From positions 1 through 38,614 of the forward strand of contig JAYUGC010000043.1 of assembly GCA_043767805.1 (NCBI GenBank): DNA of 38,614 nt, given 5' to 3'. Made by a program: the position numbers and the translations under genes. The notes beneath the pieces were generated by a model. That model did not search any database, was not told the origin of the DNA, and saw nothing but the letters and a program-made list of their open reading frames with translations. Below are positions 8,856 to 19,001 of this stretch, piece after piece. Position 1 is the first letter of the stretch. Every line of letters begins with the position of its first letter. The DNA comes from Pseudomonadota bacterium. Lineage in GTDB: Bacteria; Bdellovibrionota; FAC87; UBA2466.

Positions 8856-9913
8856 ATGGCGTTTTCGGCCGATTCAGGCACGGTCACCTCTATCGAGTTG
8901 CCGTTCTTCAGCGTTTTTCGAATCCAATGGTGGAGGCGGTCGAGCTTAAACTTGGTATAAAATCGCTGAAATATATTTTGGATCAAGGTCGACCTTGCGA
9001 TCTCCGACCGCTTGACCCAATCCCCGGTTTCTTTCATTTGCTGATAGTTGCTGCAGTTCACGCAGGGAATCTCGGATCGCTCCGCTGCTTGTCCTCTTAA
9101 CATCCTTTTCGCATAACGCAATTTCCAGCCCTTGAGCACTGATGGGAGACCGGAGGAGAACACGTTCCCGCCAAAGTCTCCCCATTGGTTCATGCAACAC
9201 CCGAGAAAAGTACCATCCCAGTTGACTTGCGGGTTCGTCCAAAGCTGCAGACACATCGCCTTAGCCAGAGAGTCCACTCGCTTTCGCTCGGTGTACTTTT
9301 CCTTCCGCCTGGAAAGGCCGGCGCCCAATTTTTCGTCCCAGGCGTCAAAGTTCGCTTTGACCTTGAAACTCATGCCGAGCTCTTTCGCCAGCCGCTTGGC
9401 ACTTTCCAATTCATGAATATTGTGGCCGAAGGCGATAAACTGCCATTGGAGAAGAGGGTAGGGCGTCGAGTATTCCCGCTTGTGCTTATTTATCGTCTGA
9501 ATGTTTTGAATCACCGAGGCGAGGTTGCCTTTTACCCGATACTTTTCGTAAGTGCCTTGCGTTGCTCCATCGATGGAGCAGGTTATTTTTCTGAATTGAT
9601 ACTTTACCAACGCTTCCAAATCACCCGGTCGTGCGGTGTTTAAATTGACGCCGTTCGTGGCGGTCAGAGCGATCTTTTTTTCAAACGCATACTGCAGGAT
9701 CTTGGTTAAATCGGGATTAAGGAAGATTTCGCCCCAATTTGAGAGCTCGATCGACGAAAGGTTCGTCTTTTCCACAAAGCTAACGAAATCCGGGAATCGC
9801 AGCATGCCTCCGCCAATCACAGATCTACCTATCTCACCGGTAGCCGTAGGACAGGCGGGGCACTTCAATTGGCAAACCGAGGATATATCTAGCCGAAGCT
9901 GCGAAGGAAACAT
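8852..9913 (-). CDS. Radical SAM / SPASM(twitch) domain protein
   Basis: CQLKCPAC, NWGEIFLN, SIDG; C-terminal CLQLW...NWDGTFLGCC...GNV...C..C; GGAGG RBS. Confidence 0.93.
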   Translation of the reverse strand: MFPSQLRLDISSVCQLKCPACPTATGEIGRSVIGGGMLRFPDFVSFVEKTNLSSIELSNWGEIFLNPDLTKILQYAFEKKIALTATNGVNLNTARPGDLEALVKYQFRKITCSIDGATQGTYEKYRVKGNLASVIQNIQTINKHKREYSTPYPLLQWQFIAFGHNIHELESAKRLAKELGMSFKVKANFDAWDEKLGAGLSRRKEKYTERKRVDSLAKAMCLQLWTNPQVNWDGTFLGCCMNQWGDFGGNVFSSGLPSVLKGWKLRYAKRMLRGQAAERSEIPCVNCSNYQQMKETGDWVKRSEIARSTLIQNIFQRFYTKFKLDRLHHWIRKTLKNGNSIEVTVPESAENAI

Positions 9914-10216
9914 GTCCCCTCCTGGGATAGCTCTTTTTTAAAGGCTTTCCGGTGGTGGGTTAGTCGAAATGCCTGGGTTAATTTGGGAATCCTACTTTCC
10001 CGGTGCGGAGAGAGACAACCTAATTTAACCGCCTCGAATGGGAGGCACTACTGAACCAATCAGGAATGCCGTGTCGCGCCGCTCCCCTTCTGCCAAGGCC
10101 ACTTCGAGGGCTCGGCGTGGCCGACTGGGTGATTGTCACCCCAAATGGCATTTTGTATAGTCTGGGCGAATCCGATTTTTTCAAAACCATCCTTAACGCG
10201 GGGAATTATACCGCCC

Positions 10217-11110
10217 ATGAGTCCGGACGTTAGTTTCGTCATCATTACGATGAATCGCCAAAAGGCGGTGCTCCGCTGCTTGGCGGAACTGCGCAAGCAG
10301 GACGGAGACGCAGCCAGGGAAATCATTCTCGTGGACAACGGTTCCACGGATGGGACCATTGAAGCCGTCCGTTCGGCCTTCGACGAGGTGATCGTCGTCG
10401 CCTCTCCCACTAATCTGGGTGTTGCCGGGGCTCGCAACCTGGGCTTTCGCCGGGCCACGGGCGAGTATGTCGTCTTCATTGACGATGACGCGGAATTTCG
10501 GGATGTCGATGCCACGCTTCGGGTCATCGGGCTGTTCAAGGCGGACGCTACTCTGGCGGCCGTTGGTTTTTCCATCGTTAGCCCTTACACCGGCCGGCCA
10601 GAGCGCGACGCGATTGCTCGTACCGACAAAGTCTTTCAGACCCACACGGGAGAGACGGCCTATTTTTGCGGGTGCGGCTTTGCTTTGCGGCGAAATTTAG
10701 TTCCGGACCAAGGCCCGTTTTGGGATCAGTTGATCTATGCCTGTGAAGATCTGGATTACTCCTACTCTCTCGTGGCGGGCGGCCGGAAGATCCTAACCAC
10801 TCCCGACATTGTCGTTCTCCATTGGAAAGACCCGAACGCTCGGCCGCCCGGACAGTTTATTTACTTCAATGCGCGCAACCGCCTTCACGTTGCGCTGAAA
10901 TGGCTGCCGCCGCTTGCCGTTTTAACGACGGCCTTCGCTTGGTGGGGGTATCTCGCGATTCTTGCGACTCGCCGAAGACAGCTTCGGTTTCTCTGGCGGG
11001 GGATCGTGGATGCGCTATCCGGAACGCCTCGCGTTTTAGCCATGAGAACTCCGTTGAACCCGCAGGCGTTGCGCAAGGTTCGGGCTCTCGCCGGAAGAAT
11101 TTGGTATTGA
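10217..11110 (+). CDS. Glycosyltransferase family 2
   Basis: VSFVIIT.NR, LVDNGSTDGT, NLGVAGARN.G, FIDDD, EDLD; start taken at MSPDVS. Confidence 0.93.
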   Translation: MSPDVSFVIITMNRQKAVLRCLAELRKQDGDAAREIILVDNGSTDGTIEAVRSAFDEVIVVASPTNLGVAGARNLGFRRATGEYVVFIDDDAEFRDVDATLRVIGLFKADATLAAVGFSIVSPYTGRPERDAIARTDKVFQTHTGETAYFCGCGFALRRNLVPDQGPFWDQLIYACEDLDYSYSLVAGGRKILTTPDIVVLHWKDPNARPPGQFIYFNARNRLHVALKWLPPLAVLTTAFAWWGYLAILATRRRQLRFLWRGIVDALSGTPRVLAMRTPLNPQALRKVRALAGRIWY

Positions 11111-11129
11111 GGGGGAACTTTTTCCGCAA

Positions 11130-12962
11130 ATGACCGGCGAGGCTACAATTTTTCGATGGGTTCCTTCCGTTTCGTTCAGCAGGCGTCTTGCCGCCTTTTA
11201 TCCCGTCGCGCTTTTACGAAGCTATCGTATGCCGATACTCGCCGCGCGTCGGGAAGCCATAGGCGCCCTGGCCATGAAAGTGGCGAGCGGAATTTTGGAA
11301 GGCTTGGCCTTCCTCGGGATGGGTCCGGTACTAGCGCTCGTTTTGCACCAGAAGACGAGCCCGACCTGGGCGAAAACGCTAAAGTTCATGGGCTTAGAAG
11401 GCCTCAGTGTGTCGGGACAGGTCGTTCTCGATCTAAGTTTATTCGCCTGTCTCGGCGCGGCCTCTGCCTTGTTCAAGTACGGGGCCGGACAGCAAGTGAA
11501 CTTGTTTCGCCTGAAGGTTGAAGCGACGCTGCGCCGTCTTCTGACGGATGGCCTGTTCAGTCTGCGCTGGGAATATTTTCTCGAGTTGGGCGCGGGCAGC
11601 ACGCTTAAAACGGTTTTCGATCACGGTTGGGTTTACGCCTACGCCTCCGAGCTGGTGCTTCAAATTCTTGCCCATAGTCTTCTTGCAGCGACTCTCATAG
11701 GGATCGCCGCCTTCATCATGCCCCTGGCCACCTTGGTGGCGATCGGGCTGATCGTGCTAGGAGTGATCTATGTAAGGTTGCGGGCGGCTCGGCAGGCTCC
11801 CCTCTCCGGACGCCTCGGCCAGGCGCACGGAAGGTATAGCGACTTAGCCGCTCAGACTATTTTAAGAATGAAATATGTTCGGGGCAATGGACTTACGGCG
11901 GAAGTCTCAGCGTCTCTGGAGGATAAGTTCGACGAGGTATATAAAGAAAACCTCAAGATCCTGAGGCATGGGCAGAAACAGGGTTTGGCTTCGGAGCTTA
12001 TCGTCCTTTGCGTCGTCGCCGGAGGACTTCTTTTTGGGCTGACTTCGGAAGAGGCCCGTTTGGGCGAGTTCGTAACTTTTCTGGTGCTCGTGTTTCGCGC
12101 GGCTCCTCAGCTGCAAGCCGTACAGAAGACTTATGATCTTCTTAAAGCGGTCCACTGGTCGGCGCAGTCGTGGAATGATCTCTATTCCAAAATACGGCAA
12201 AATCCCATGCCGCCCTCTGGAACGAAGTTGCCTTCCTTGCATCGTAGCATTCAGATGAATCGCCTCAGCTACCGCTACCCCCAGAGGCCTGATGTCGACG
12301 CGGTCAGTGACCTGAGTCTCGAGCTTCGCCGCGGCCAGTGCCTAGTTCTCGTCGGCTCTTCCGGTAGTGGAAAGTCCACAATCGTCGACTTAGTGACCGG
12401 CCTTCTCGTGCCGACCCGGGGAGAAATTCTCGTCGATGGCGTTCCCTTGGGTGAGTTGGACACCGGCCTATGGCGGCGTAATATCGCCTTCGTTCCTCAA
12501 GGCGTCACCTTGAGCTCCGGAACGATCCGCGAAAACATCGTCGGTAGCGGGACCGAATTCGACGAGAGCCGCCTTCAGCTTGCTCTGGTTCAGGCGCAGC
12601 TAGTTGAGTTTGTGGGAGGCTTGGAAAACGGCATCGATACCCCCGTCGGGGAGGGCGGAGGCATGCTTTCCGGAGGGCAGCGGCAAAGAATCGCTCTCGC
12701 TTGGGCGATGTACCGGCGTCCGTGGCTTCTGCTCTTGGACGAGCCCACTAGCGCGCTCGATAAGGAAAACGCGGCCCTCGTAATGGAAACTCTCAAGGGA
12801 TTGCGCGGGACGGTAACGATGCTGATCATCACTCACGACTTGAGTTTCGCAGAAATTGGCGACGAAGTAATCGAGCTTTCTAACGGCAAGGTCGTGGGCA
12901 GAGGGCTTTCCCCGGAGCGCGGGGCGGGAGCTCAACCGGAGACGACCCCGTCAACGCCCTGA
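11130..12962 (+). CDS. ABC transporter, fused permease/ATPase (MsbA/PglK-like glycolipid flippase)
   Basis: N-terminal TM domain; Walker A GSSGSGKS, signature LSGGQRQR, Walker B LLLLDEPTSALD, H-loop ITH. Confidence 0.92.
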   Translation: MTGEATIFRWVPSVSFSRRLAAFYPVALLRSYRMPILAARREAIGALAMKVASGILEGLAFLGMGPVLALVLHQKTSPTWAKTLKFMGLEGLSVSGQVVLDLSLFACLGAASALFKYGAGQQVNLFRLKVEATLRRLLTDGLFSLRWEYFLELGAGSTLKTVFDHGWVYAYASELVLQILAHSLLAATLIGIAAFIMPLATLVAIGLIVLGVIYVRLRAARQAPLSGRLGQAHGRYSDLAAQTILRMKYVRGNGLTAEVSASLEDKFDEVYKENLKILRHGQKQGLASELIVLCVVAGGLLFGLTSEEARLGEFVTFLVLVFRAAPQLQAVQKTYDLLKAVHWSAQSWNDLYSKIRQNPMPPSGTKLPSLHRSIQMNRLSYRYPQRPDVDAVSDLSLELRRGQCLVLVGSSGSGKSTIVDLVTGLLVPTRGEILVDGVPLGELDTGLWRRNIAFVPQGVTLSSGTIRENIVGSGTEFDESRLQLALVQAQLVEFVGGLENGIDTPVGEGGGMLSGGQRQRIALAWAMYRRPWLLLLDEPTSALDKENAALVMETLKGLRGTVTMLIITHDLSFAEIGDEVIELSNGKVVGRGLSPERGAGAQPETTPSTP

Positions 12963-13864
12963 AAACGCGCCTTCCCTCGTTGCAACGCTAGATGAATCGA
13001 GTGCGGCAAGAGGAGCAGGGCGATTAAGTTCGTGGCTCCCCGGCACGAGAGACCGCCCAAGACGATCGTTTTAAAAATAATCGCTCCCGCCCGCACCCGG
13101 TCCCTCAAGCGCCCCTGCGCTAATAAGTTGGGAGCGACGAGGGTGGCCATGAATCCGCGCGCGGCACGGCGGGTAAGGCGAGGGCCCAGCCGCCGCCGAA
13201 GCGCGAGTAGGTCCGCGGCGCTGCAGCCCAAGCTCATTTTATCGGGTCTCGATTCGGCGTGATAAAGGCTCAAGGGTTCGTCAACGTAACGGACGGACAC
13301 TCCGGCCTGACAAACGTCGAGTACCATCCCGATGTCCTCGCCGATTTCTCTAGAGAAGGGCCCTGGCCGCCACGCACTCCGCGACATAAAAACCGTACTC
13401 GTTTGTATGGTCCCGCTACTGCAGTAAAGATATTCCCCAACGTCTTCCTGCAACCGTATGCCACGAGCCGGCAGAAATTTTTTGCCGCCATCAAAGGCAA
13501 AGACGTACTTGCTGAAACAAAAGACCGGTCCGGAAACACCCTTAACGGCGTGAATCTGAGCCTCTAGCTTATTTGGGAACCATTCGTCGTCAGAATCCAG
13601 GAACGCAAGATAGGTTCCGCTCGCCGCTTTCGCTCCCTGATGGCGCGCCTCACCCGGGCCCACATTTCGCGGGAGACAAAGGTACCGAATTCTGGGGTCG
13701 TTGAGAGGCTGCCCGATGGTCCCTTGGATATCCTCGGTCGAAGCATCGTCGACCACGAGGATCTCGAAATCAGTGAAGGTTTGCGCCAGAACGGAACGAA
13801 TGGCTCTCAGCACTATCGAAGCGCGGTTATAAGTTGGAATGATTACACTGACCGCTGGATGCAT
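12932..13864 (-). CDS. Glycosyltransferase family 2
   Basis: VSVIIPTYNR, VVDDASTE, AFLDSDD, ED. Confidence 0.94.
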   Translation of the reverse strand: MHPAVSVIIPTYNRASIVLRAIRSVLAQTFTDFEILVVDDASTEDIQGTIGQPLNDPRIRYLCLPRNVGPGEARHQGAKAASGTYLAFLDSDDEWFPNKLEAQIHAVKGVSGPVFCFSKYVFAFDGGKKFLPARGIRLQEDVGEYLYCSSGTIQTSTVFMSRSAWRPGPFSREIGEDIGMVLDVCQAGVSVRYVDEPLSLYHAESRPDKMSLGCSAADLLALRRRLGPRLTRRAARGFMATLVAPNLLAQGRLRDRVRAGAIIFKTIVLGGLSCRGATNLIALLLLPHSIHLALQRGKARFQGVDGVVSG

Positions 13865-13957
13865 CCGATCTAGCCTCCTTTCCTCTTATCGAGAGGTAAG
13901 CGGAACAAGAGTACCGTCAGCACGATTTCAGGCAAGTGGGAATAGAACGCCCTAAGA

Positions 13958-15019
13958 CTAGGGCAGAAGTGCGCGCTCGAACGCATTGACGGCGACCTCC
14001 CAAGTGAATGGCTGGAGGAACCGCTGTCCCTCCAGTGCCAGCCGGTGGCGGAGCTCCGGGTTACGGATCAGACGAGTGATCGCCTCGGCCAAAGTCGACG
14101 GGGCGCCCGGTTGAGCGAGCAGGGCGGTTTGGCCGGGGATGGCATAATCGCGATGGCCACCGATATCGGTCGCCACCAGCGCGGCACCGCAAATCATCGC
14201 TTCCGCCGGCGGCAAGGCCCACCCTTCCGTAAGACTGGGAGCTACAAAAATCGCCGTCTCGTTATATAGGCGACGAAGGCGCTCTTGGCTCGGCTGCTGG
14301 TGATACGTTATCCACGACGGCAGGCGAGGTTTTGGCCAGGCTCCAAAAAGCGTGACTTGCAGCTCGGGGATTTTCTCTTTCGTCGCTTCGAAAGCCTTGA
14401 TGGCATCGGCGCTGCCCTTCCAATTGGCGGGATGGCAGAGCGCCATTGCCGAAGCGGGATTGCGTTCCGCGGGAGGAATGTCGACGCCGAAGGCCTTGAA
14501 GTCGAGACCGTTGGTGATGAGAACGGGCGATTGTCCGCGCTGACGAGAGTACTCCGCCAGCCACTTGGCGATTACAATGTGCCGAAAAGGCAGACGCCAA
14601 GTCGCTTCGACGCGAGCTTCAGGCCCACTCCAGTTTTCATAGTGCTGGATGAGGTAGTAGGGGCGGCCCTTGCGGGGGGAGTAGCGGGCAATCCATTCGG
14701 CGGTTTGCCACCCCGTTGCCACCACTACGTCCGAATCTGGAACATAGCGCTCGTGAAGACTGGGTACCCAATGCATTTGCACTCGGTCGGAAACCTTAAA
14801 CCAGGAGCCGGGACGCCAATCGCCGGTGAGGCCGCGCTGTACGAAACGACCGAGGCGGGCGGCCTTAACGAGTGGCGGCGAATCAGGCAAGAGGAGGGCG
14901 GGGTGCACGACGTGCACCTCATGGCCACGAGCGCTCAATCCATTTGCATACTCATACACGACTTTAAAGCCACCGATTGGCCCCTTGCCGTGCTGGGGTA
15001 AGCAAAAGGAAATTCGCAT
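13958..15019 (-). CDS. Glycosyltransferase family 4 (WsaF-like)
   Basis: GGFKVVYEYAN.L..RGHEV, VATGWQTA, YLIQHYE, EGWALPPAEAMICG (EX7E). Confidence 0.93.
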   Translation of the reverse strand: MRISFCLPQHGKGPIGGFKVVYEYANGLSARGHEVHVVHPALLLPDSPPLVKAARLGRFVQRGLTGDWRPGSWFKVSDRVQMHWVPSLHERYVPDSDVVVATGWQTAEWIARYSPRKGRPYYLIQHYENWSGPEARVEATWRLPFRHIVIAKWLAEYSRQRGQSPVLITNGLDFKAFGVDIPPAERNPASAMALCHPANWKGSADAIKAFEATKEKIPELQVTLFGAWPKPRLPSWITYHQQPSQERLRRLYNETAIFVAPSLTEGWALPPAEAMICGAALVATDIGGHRDYAIPGQTALLAQPGAPSTLAEAITRLIRNPELRHRLALEGQRFLQPFTWEVAVNAFERALLP

Positions 15020-15069
15020 TCGGGCACGCTAGCACTAAAAATCGCGGACGGTCATGGGCTCCCGCGGCC

Positions 15070-15780
15070 TCATCGTTGGTCCCGTTTTCTTATGACCACG
15101 TCGTTAAACCCGTTGGGTTGAAAGGTCAGGTAAAGCATTTCGTAATCCTCTTTCACCATGAACTCGTTCACGGCTCTCCCCACTCCGTAAGCCGACAATT
15201 GAATGGAGTCGAAGTTCGTGTAGTCGTTGAACTGAATGAAGGCCCCTTGCTTCACTTTACGCTTCAGCTGGGCTAGGTCCTTTGAAACATCGGAGTAGGA
15301 ATGCCCAGCGTCCAAATACAAATAATCGATCGAGTGGTCCGGAAGCTCCGCGAGCCCATCCCAAGAGAGACCCTGGTGGATTTCGAGCCGCTTGGCCTCG
15401 ATCGAATCGCGGAACCTCCGCCGGTAGTACTCAATGTGGGAGAGCTTACTTTCGGTTAGATCTTTCCGGCCCCAGAGGTCATGCCCCGGCCGAAGGAGAA
15501 AGTAATCAATGGCGATAAATTTATCCGGGCGCAGCTCCCGAATAATTTCTTCCGAGAAGTCGCCATACGCCACGCCTACTTCAACGGCGCAGCCACCTTT
15601 AGGCAGAAGCTTCAAAACGTCGTTTCGGTTAGGCAGCACCCGTGAGTTCTCGAGTAGGGCAGCCGGCAGCCGTGGCATGGCAACGCGCGCGAGCTCGGCG
15701 CGAAGATTGCCTCTCAACAGGGTGTAGCCACACCTGCCGGCCAACTTGATGAGCGATCGGTTCAAGGTTTTTCTAATCAT
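15070..15780 (-). CDS. Class I SAM-dependent methyltransferase (Methyltransf_24-like)
   Basis: VEVGVAYG, IDYLYLDAGHSY, G.I.FNDY, YGV..AV.EF. Confidence 0.9.
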   Translation of the reverse strand: MIRKTLNRSLIKLAGRCGYTLLRGNLRAELARVAMPRLPAALLENSRVLPNRNDVLKLLPKGGCAVEVGVAYGDFSEEIIRELRPDKFIAIDYFLLRPGHDLWGRKDLTESKLSHIEYYRRRFRDSIEAKRLEIHQGLSWDGLAELPDHSIDYLYLDAGHSYSDVSKDLAQLKRKVKQGAFIQFNDYTNFDSIQLSAYGVGRAVNEFMVKEDYEMLYLTFQPNGFNDVVIRKRDQR

Positions 15781-15784
15781 GACT

Positions 15785-16693
15785 TCATTCCTCGGTTCTT
15801 TGGGGCCCAGGCGATCTCATGCCCTCAGGAAAAGTACGAACGAAGCGACTTAGCCGGATCAAAACACTGCGCGCCATCCAGCCAATTTTGCGAAGGCGCC
15901 AGATTATCGGGCCCGCCCAGAACAAAGCTTTTTCCACTTGCTGGATCTTCATTTTCTTCGCAGCCTCTGGAACGGCCTCCCAGTCCCAATGTTTCTTCAG
16001 CACGAAGATGGTCGAACGAAGCACGGGGGCCGGCCGGCTAGTGACGGACCTCTCATGTTTCCGATACCAGACACTCGGGGACGACAGGAACTCAAACTGC
16101 TTTTTCTTTTTGATGAGGCGAATCCACAAGTCCAGATCCTCCGCGCCGCCTCGTACTTCGGGGCTGGTATCGAAGAGGCCGACGTCATCGAAAGCGGTTT
16201 TTCGGATCACCACGGACGACGGGGGAATGAAAGCTCGGTGGTAGATACTCGACGGAAAGGTTTCAAGATCCGTGCTCGTTGGTCCCCAGCGACCGACTTC
16301 TCGGCCAACCCGGCCGCGGAAATTGCGGGTCGGGCAATAGCTTAGGTCCGCTCCAGATTGTTCAAGACGACGCAACGATCTCTCGAGATGATCGCTTTCC
16401 CAAAAGTCGTCGTGATCGAGAAAGGCGATGAATTTACCCGCTGAGGCTTCAATGCCTTTGTTGCGCGTCGCCGACAGGCCGCGCCGTTCCGCGTTTTCCA
16501 GGATTCGGGCGCCCAAGGCAAAACGACTGGAGAACGCTTCCACTTTCTCGCGGACGGGGGCGTCGGGACCGTCAAGAACGACCAGCAACTCCCAGCTAGA
16601 GAACGTTTGTCGCCGCACGCTACCCAGGGCGTCGAGGATATATTTTTGGGCTTTATAAGCCGGGATCACGATACTAACTTCGGGTGGTTCCAT
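15785..16693 (-). CDS. Glycosyltransferase family 2
   Basis: VSIVIPAY, GLSATRNKGI, AFLDHDD, EDLDLW; start taken at MEPPEVS. Confidence 0.93.
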   Translation of the reverse strand: MEPPEVSIVIPAYKAQKYILDALGSVRRQTFSSWELLVVLDGPDAPVREKVEAFSSRFALGARILENAERRGLSATRNKGIEASAGKFIAFLDHDDFWESDHLERSLRRLEQSGADLSYCPTRNFRGRVGREVGRWGPTSTDLETFPSSIYHRAFIPPSSVVIRKTAFDDVGLFDTSPEVRGGAEDLDLWIRLIKKKKQFEFLSSPSVWYRKHERSVTSRPAPVLRSTIFVLKKHWDWEAVPEAAKKMKIQQVEKALFWAGPIIWRLRKIGWMARSVLIRLSRFVRTFPEGMRSPGPQRTEE

Positions 16694-16809
16694 GTTTTGT
16701 CGCGCCGCCCACTGAGGACAAAGATCCACGCACGAGACTTGTGGTCCGTGTCCTAGATATATAGTGTATCCGCATTGACGCCTCAACCCTTACCTGCGGG
16801 GCCCGCCGG

Positions 16810-17766
16810 ATGACGAGAGTCCGATCTTTCCGTCTACGCTTTCTGCCACACGTTTTCGCCAGGCTCTTCCACCGCTGGAGCTTGAAGGCCCGAATCGGGC
16901 GGCCCAGGCTCAAGGCAGGCATCGTGTTGTTTTCGGTGGCGAGGAACGAGGCGCTGCGTCTACCCCACTTCTTGGAATATTACCGATCCCTTGGGATCTC
17001 CCAAATGGTAGTCGCGGACCACGGCTCCTCGGATGCGACGGCGGCAATCCTGCGGGCCGGTGGCGCCGTTATGATTCCGGTGCGCGGTAACTTCATTCAC
17101 AAGGACGTTTGGCTCACGGCGATGGTGGAAGCCTATGGGCGCGGGCGCTGGTGTCTTATAGTGGATATCGACGAGTTTCTCGTATTTCCAAGACAAGAAG
17201 ATTTAGGTATCGCCGGACTCTGCGCGTACTTGGAGGATCGAGGGGCTACGGGTTTTGCTTGTAAGCTCGTCGATATGTTCCCCGAAGGCAGCGTGGAAAA
17301 GGCCACTCCGTTGCCGGAGCGCACTCTGCTCGAGGCGGCTCCCCTGTTCGACCCCGACCTGGGGACGCGTCGGCGTCACTTCGGGATCGACCCTTATCTC
17401 GACAAGGTGCCGATCTTTCGTTTTAAACGAGGGATGCGCCTGAAACGAGGCCAACACGTCCTCCCCGGAGCCCGCCTTGCGGCGGCTACGGGTGCGCTGC
17501 TTCACTTCAAGTTTCTTTCCGACTTCGCCCCGTCCCGCACTTGCGATCGCGCTTTCCAGGCTCGCCGCGCCCGTCACTTGGATGCGGTCTACGCGGCTGA
17601 AACCGAGAGCTACGCCGAGAAAACCGAGACGACGCGGGGCCTTTGTCTCGCCACCGACGGAGCCGTCCGCTACCAAGGCTGGAAACAGCTCGCCGAGCTT
17701 GGCGTAATCAGCGTTCCCGACGACATGGCTACCTTTGCCGACCTGACGCCACTCGTCCCCGTTTGA
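16810..17766 (+). CDS. GT2-like glycosyltransferase (Glyco_tranf_2_4 type)
   Basis: RNE..RLP.FL.YYR.LG, DHGSSD, WCL.VD.DE.L.FP, KVP, LLHFKF. Confidence 0.88.
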   Translation: MTRVRSFRLRFLPHVFARLFHRWSLKARIGRPRLKAGIVLFSVARNEALRLPHFLEYYRSLGISQMVVADHGSSDATAAILRAGGAVMIPVRGNFIHKDVWLTAMVEAYGRGRWCLIVDIDEFLVFPRQEDLGIAGLCAYLEDRGATGFACKLVDMFPEGSVEKATPLPERTLLEAAPLFDPDLGTRRRHFGIDPYLDKVPIFRFKRGMRLKRGQHVLPGARLAAATGALLHFKFLSDFAPSRTCDRAFQARRARHLDAVYAAETESYAEKTETTRGLCLATDGAVRYQGWKQLAELGVISVPDDMATFADLTPLVPV

Positions 17767-18985
17767 GGGCGGGCTTCTTGCGCTCTTTCAGGGCCGACGA
17801 GGGGAGCGGTTGGCCGACGATATTTCGGACTACGTACTCGGCAAGGCGTTGATTGGCTTTAGCGTTGGGATGGTAGTCATAGTCGCTGATTCGCCACGGG
17901 TTAGTCCCAGGCGCTGGCGGCAAAATAGAATCCACGTCGATATAGGGCACGCGATGCCGCCCTAACTGATTGGCGATAGGTTCAGCGAGATCCCAATACA
18001 ACAAAGTCGACTTGCTACCTGGAAAACGCTGGCCCATTTCGGCAAAGATATGCTCCAGGATCGCTACGTGCCGATCTTGATCGGCGGCGGATTCGTGGTT
18101 GAGTAGCGCCCGAACTAGCGCGGATTTCCAAACCAGGCCGAGCACGAAACCGCGGCCGGCCTCACTTCGCGAAAAAGGACTCCAGAAGTTCCCCCGACGC
18201 TCTAGGCGACCTCCCCGCAGTTCATAGCGCGGTCCAAAGAGGTTTCCTTCCCATGCACCGCTCGCGCGGATCACATGATGAGGCATGCCCACCAGGATCG
18301 CAAAAACGGGTTTGCCGGAACAATCCGTTACTTTCTCGGCCATCCCGCTTTCCAGCATGGCCAATGCCTGGTGCGGTCCGTAGGCGGTAGCCCCAAAATT
18401 CGTAACTTGGTAACCGGAGCCCAGCAGGCGGCTGGTATAGGCCGGCAAGGTCTCGTCGTCATTTAGCCCCCATCCGAAAACGAATGAGCAACCAAAAAAC
18501 AGGACGCAAGCTTTCGTTCCCCGCTCCGGCCGTTCCGGAACCGTTCGCAAGCCCTCTGGGCCGAAAGAGATTTTTACGTCGTAAATCCGGCGCCCCAAAA
18601 TAGTCGCGGTGTCCTGGACTTGGACGTTCTTCGGCAAAACGAATCCAAGATTGGGGTCAAAGGTCCGGCTCGCTTTAGCGGGGCCCAGATCTTTGAGGTC
18701 ATGGATAGTATCGGGGTACTTTTTCTTGTGGTGGGTTTGAACCAGTGCCTGAATCGGCTCCTGAAACCAGATCTCGGCTAGCCCTATGGCCGTCGATATC
18801 GCTAAAGAGTAGATCCAGATCGAGCGCAGGTCCGGGCTCGCGGATTTGATGGCCAGGTAGAGGCACACCAAGGCAAAACTAAAGCAGACAAATACCAGCG
18901 GGATCGGCAAGGTTTTCCACGCAAATCTGCTGAACACTGCCCAGCCAAGAAGCAACAGAAGTGAATTGAATAAACGGCGTTTCAT
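17729..18985 (-). CDS. Membrane-anchored SGNH/GDSL-hydrolase-like protein
   Basis: Three N-terminal TM segments; block I FFGCSFVFG.G, NFG..AYG, block V DYHPN; start taken at MKRRLF (ORF extends to 19036). Confidence 0.82.
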   Translation of the reverse strand: MKRRLFNSLLLLLGWAVFSRFAWKTLPIPLVFVCFSFALVCLYLAIKSASPDLRSIWIYSLAISTAIGLAEIWFQEPIQALVQTHHKKKYPDTIHDLKDLGPAKASRTFDPNLGFVLPKNVQVQDTATILGRRIYDVKISFGPEGLRTVPERPERGTKACVLFFGCSFVFGWGLNDDETLPAYTSRLLGSGYQVTNFGATAYGPHQALAMLESGMAEKVTDCSGKPVFAILVGMPHHVIRASGAWEGNLFGPRYELRGGRLERRGNFWSPFSRSEAGRGFVLGLVWKSALVRALLNHESAADQDRHVAILEHIFAEMGQRFPGSKSTLLYWDLAEPIANQLGRHRVPYIDVDSILPPAPGTNPWRISDYDYHPNAKANQRLAEYVVRNIVGQPLPSSALKERKKPALKRGRVASGRQR

Positions 18986-19001
18986 AAAGGCGCTGACCGT
19001 C

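Noticed and set aside
10020..10151. 43-aa minus-strand ORF upstream of the radical SAM gene as a possible RiPP precursor
   Set aside because: No RBS or precursor-like features; the enzyme is coupled to a glycosyltransferase instead.
14285..15001. 238-aa plus-strand ORF, and the many other overlapping ORFs in the track
   Set aside because: Antisense or alternate-frame shadows of well-supported genes, expected at this GC content, with no motifs.
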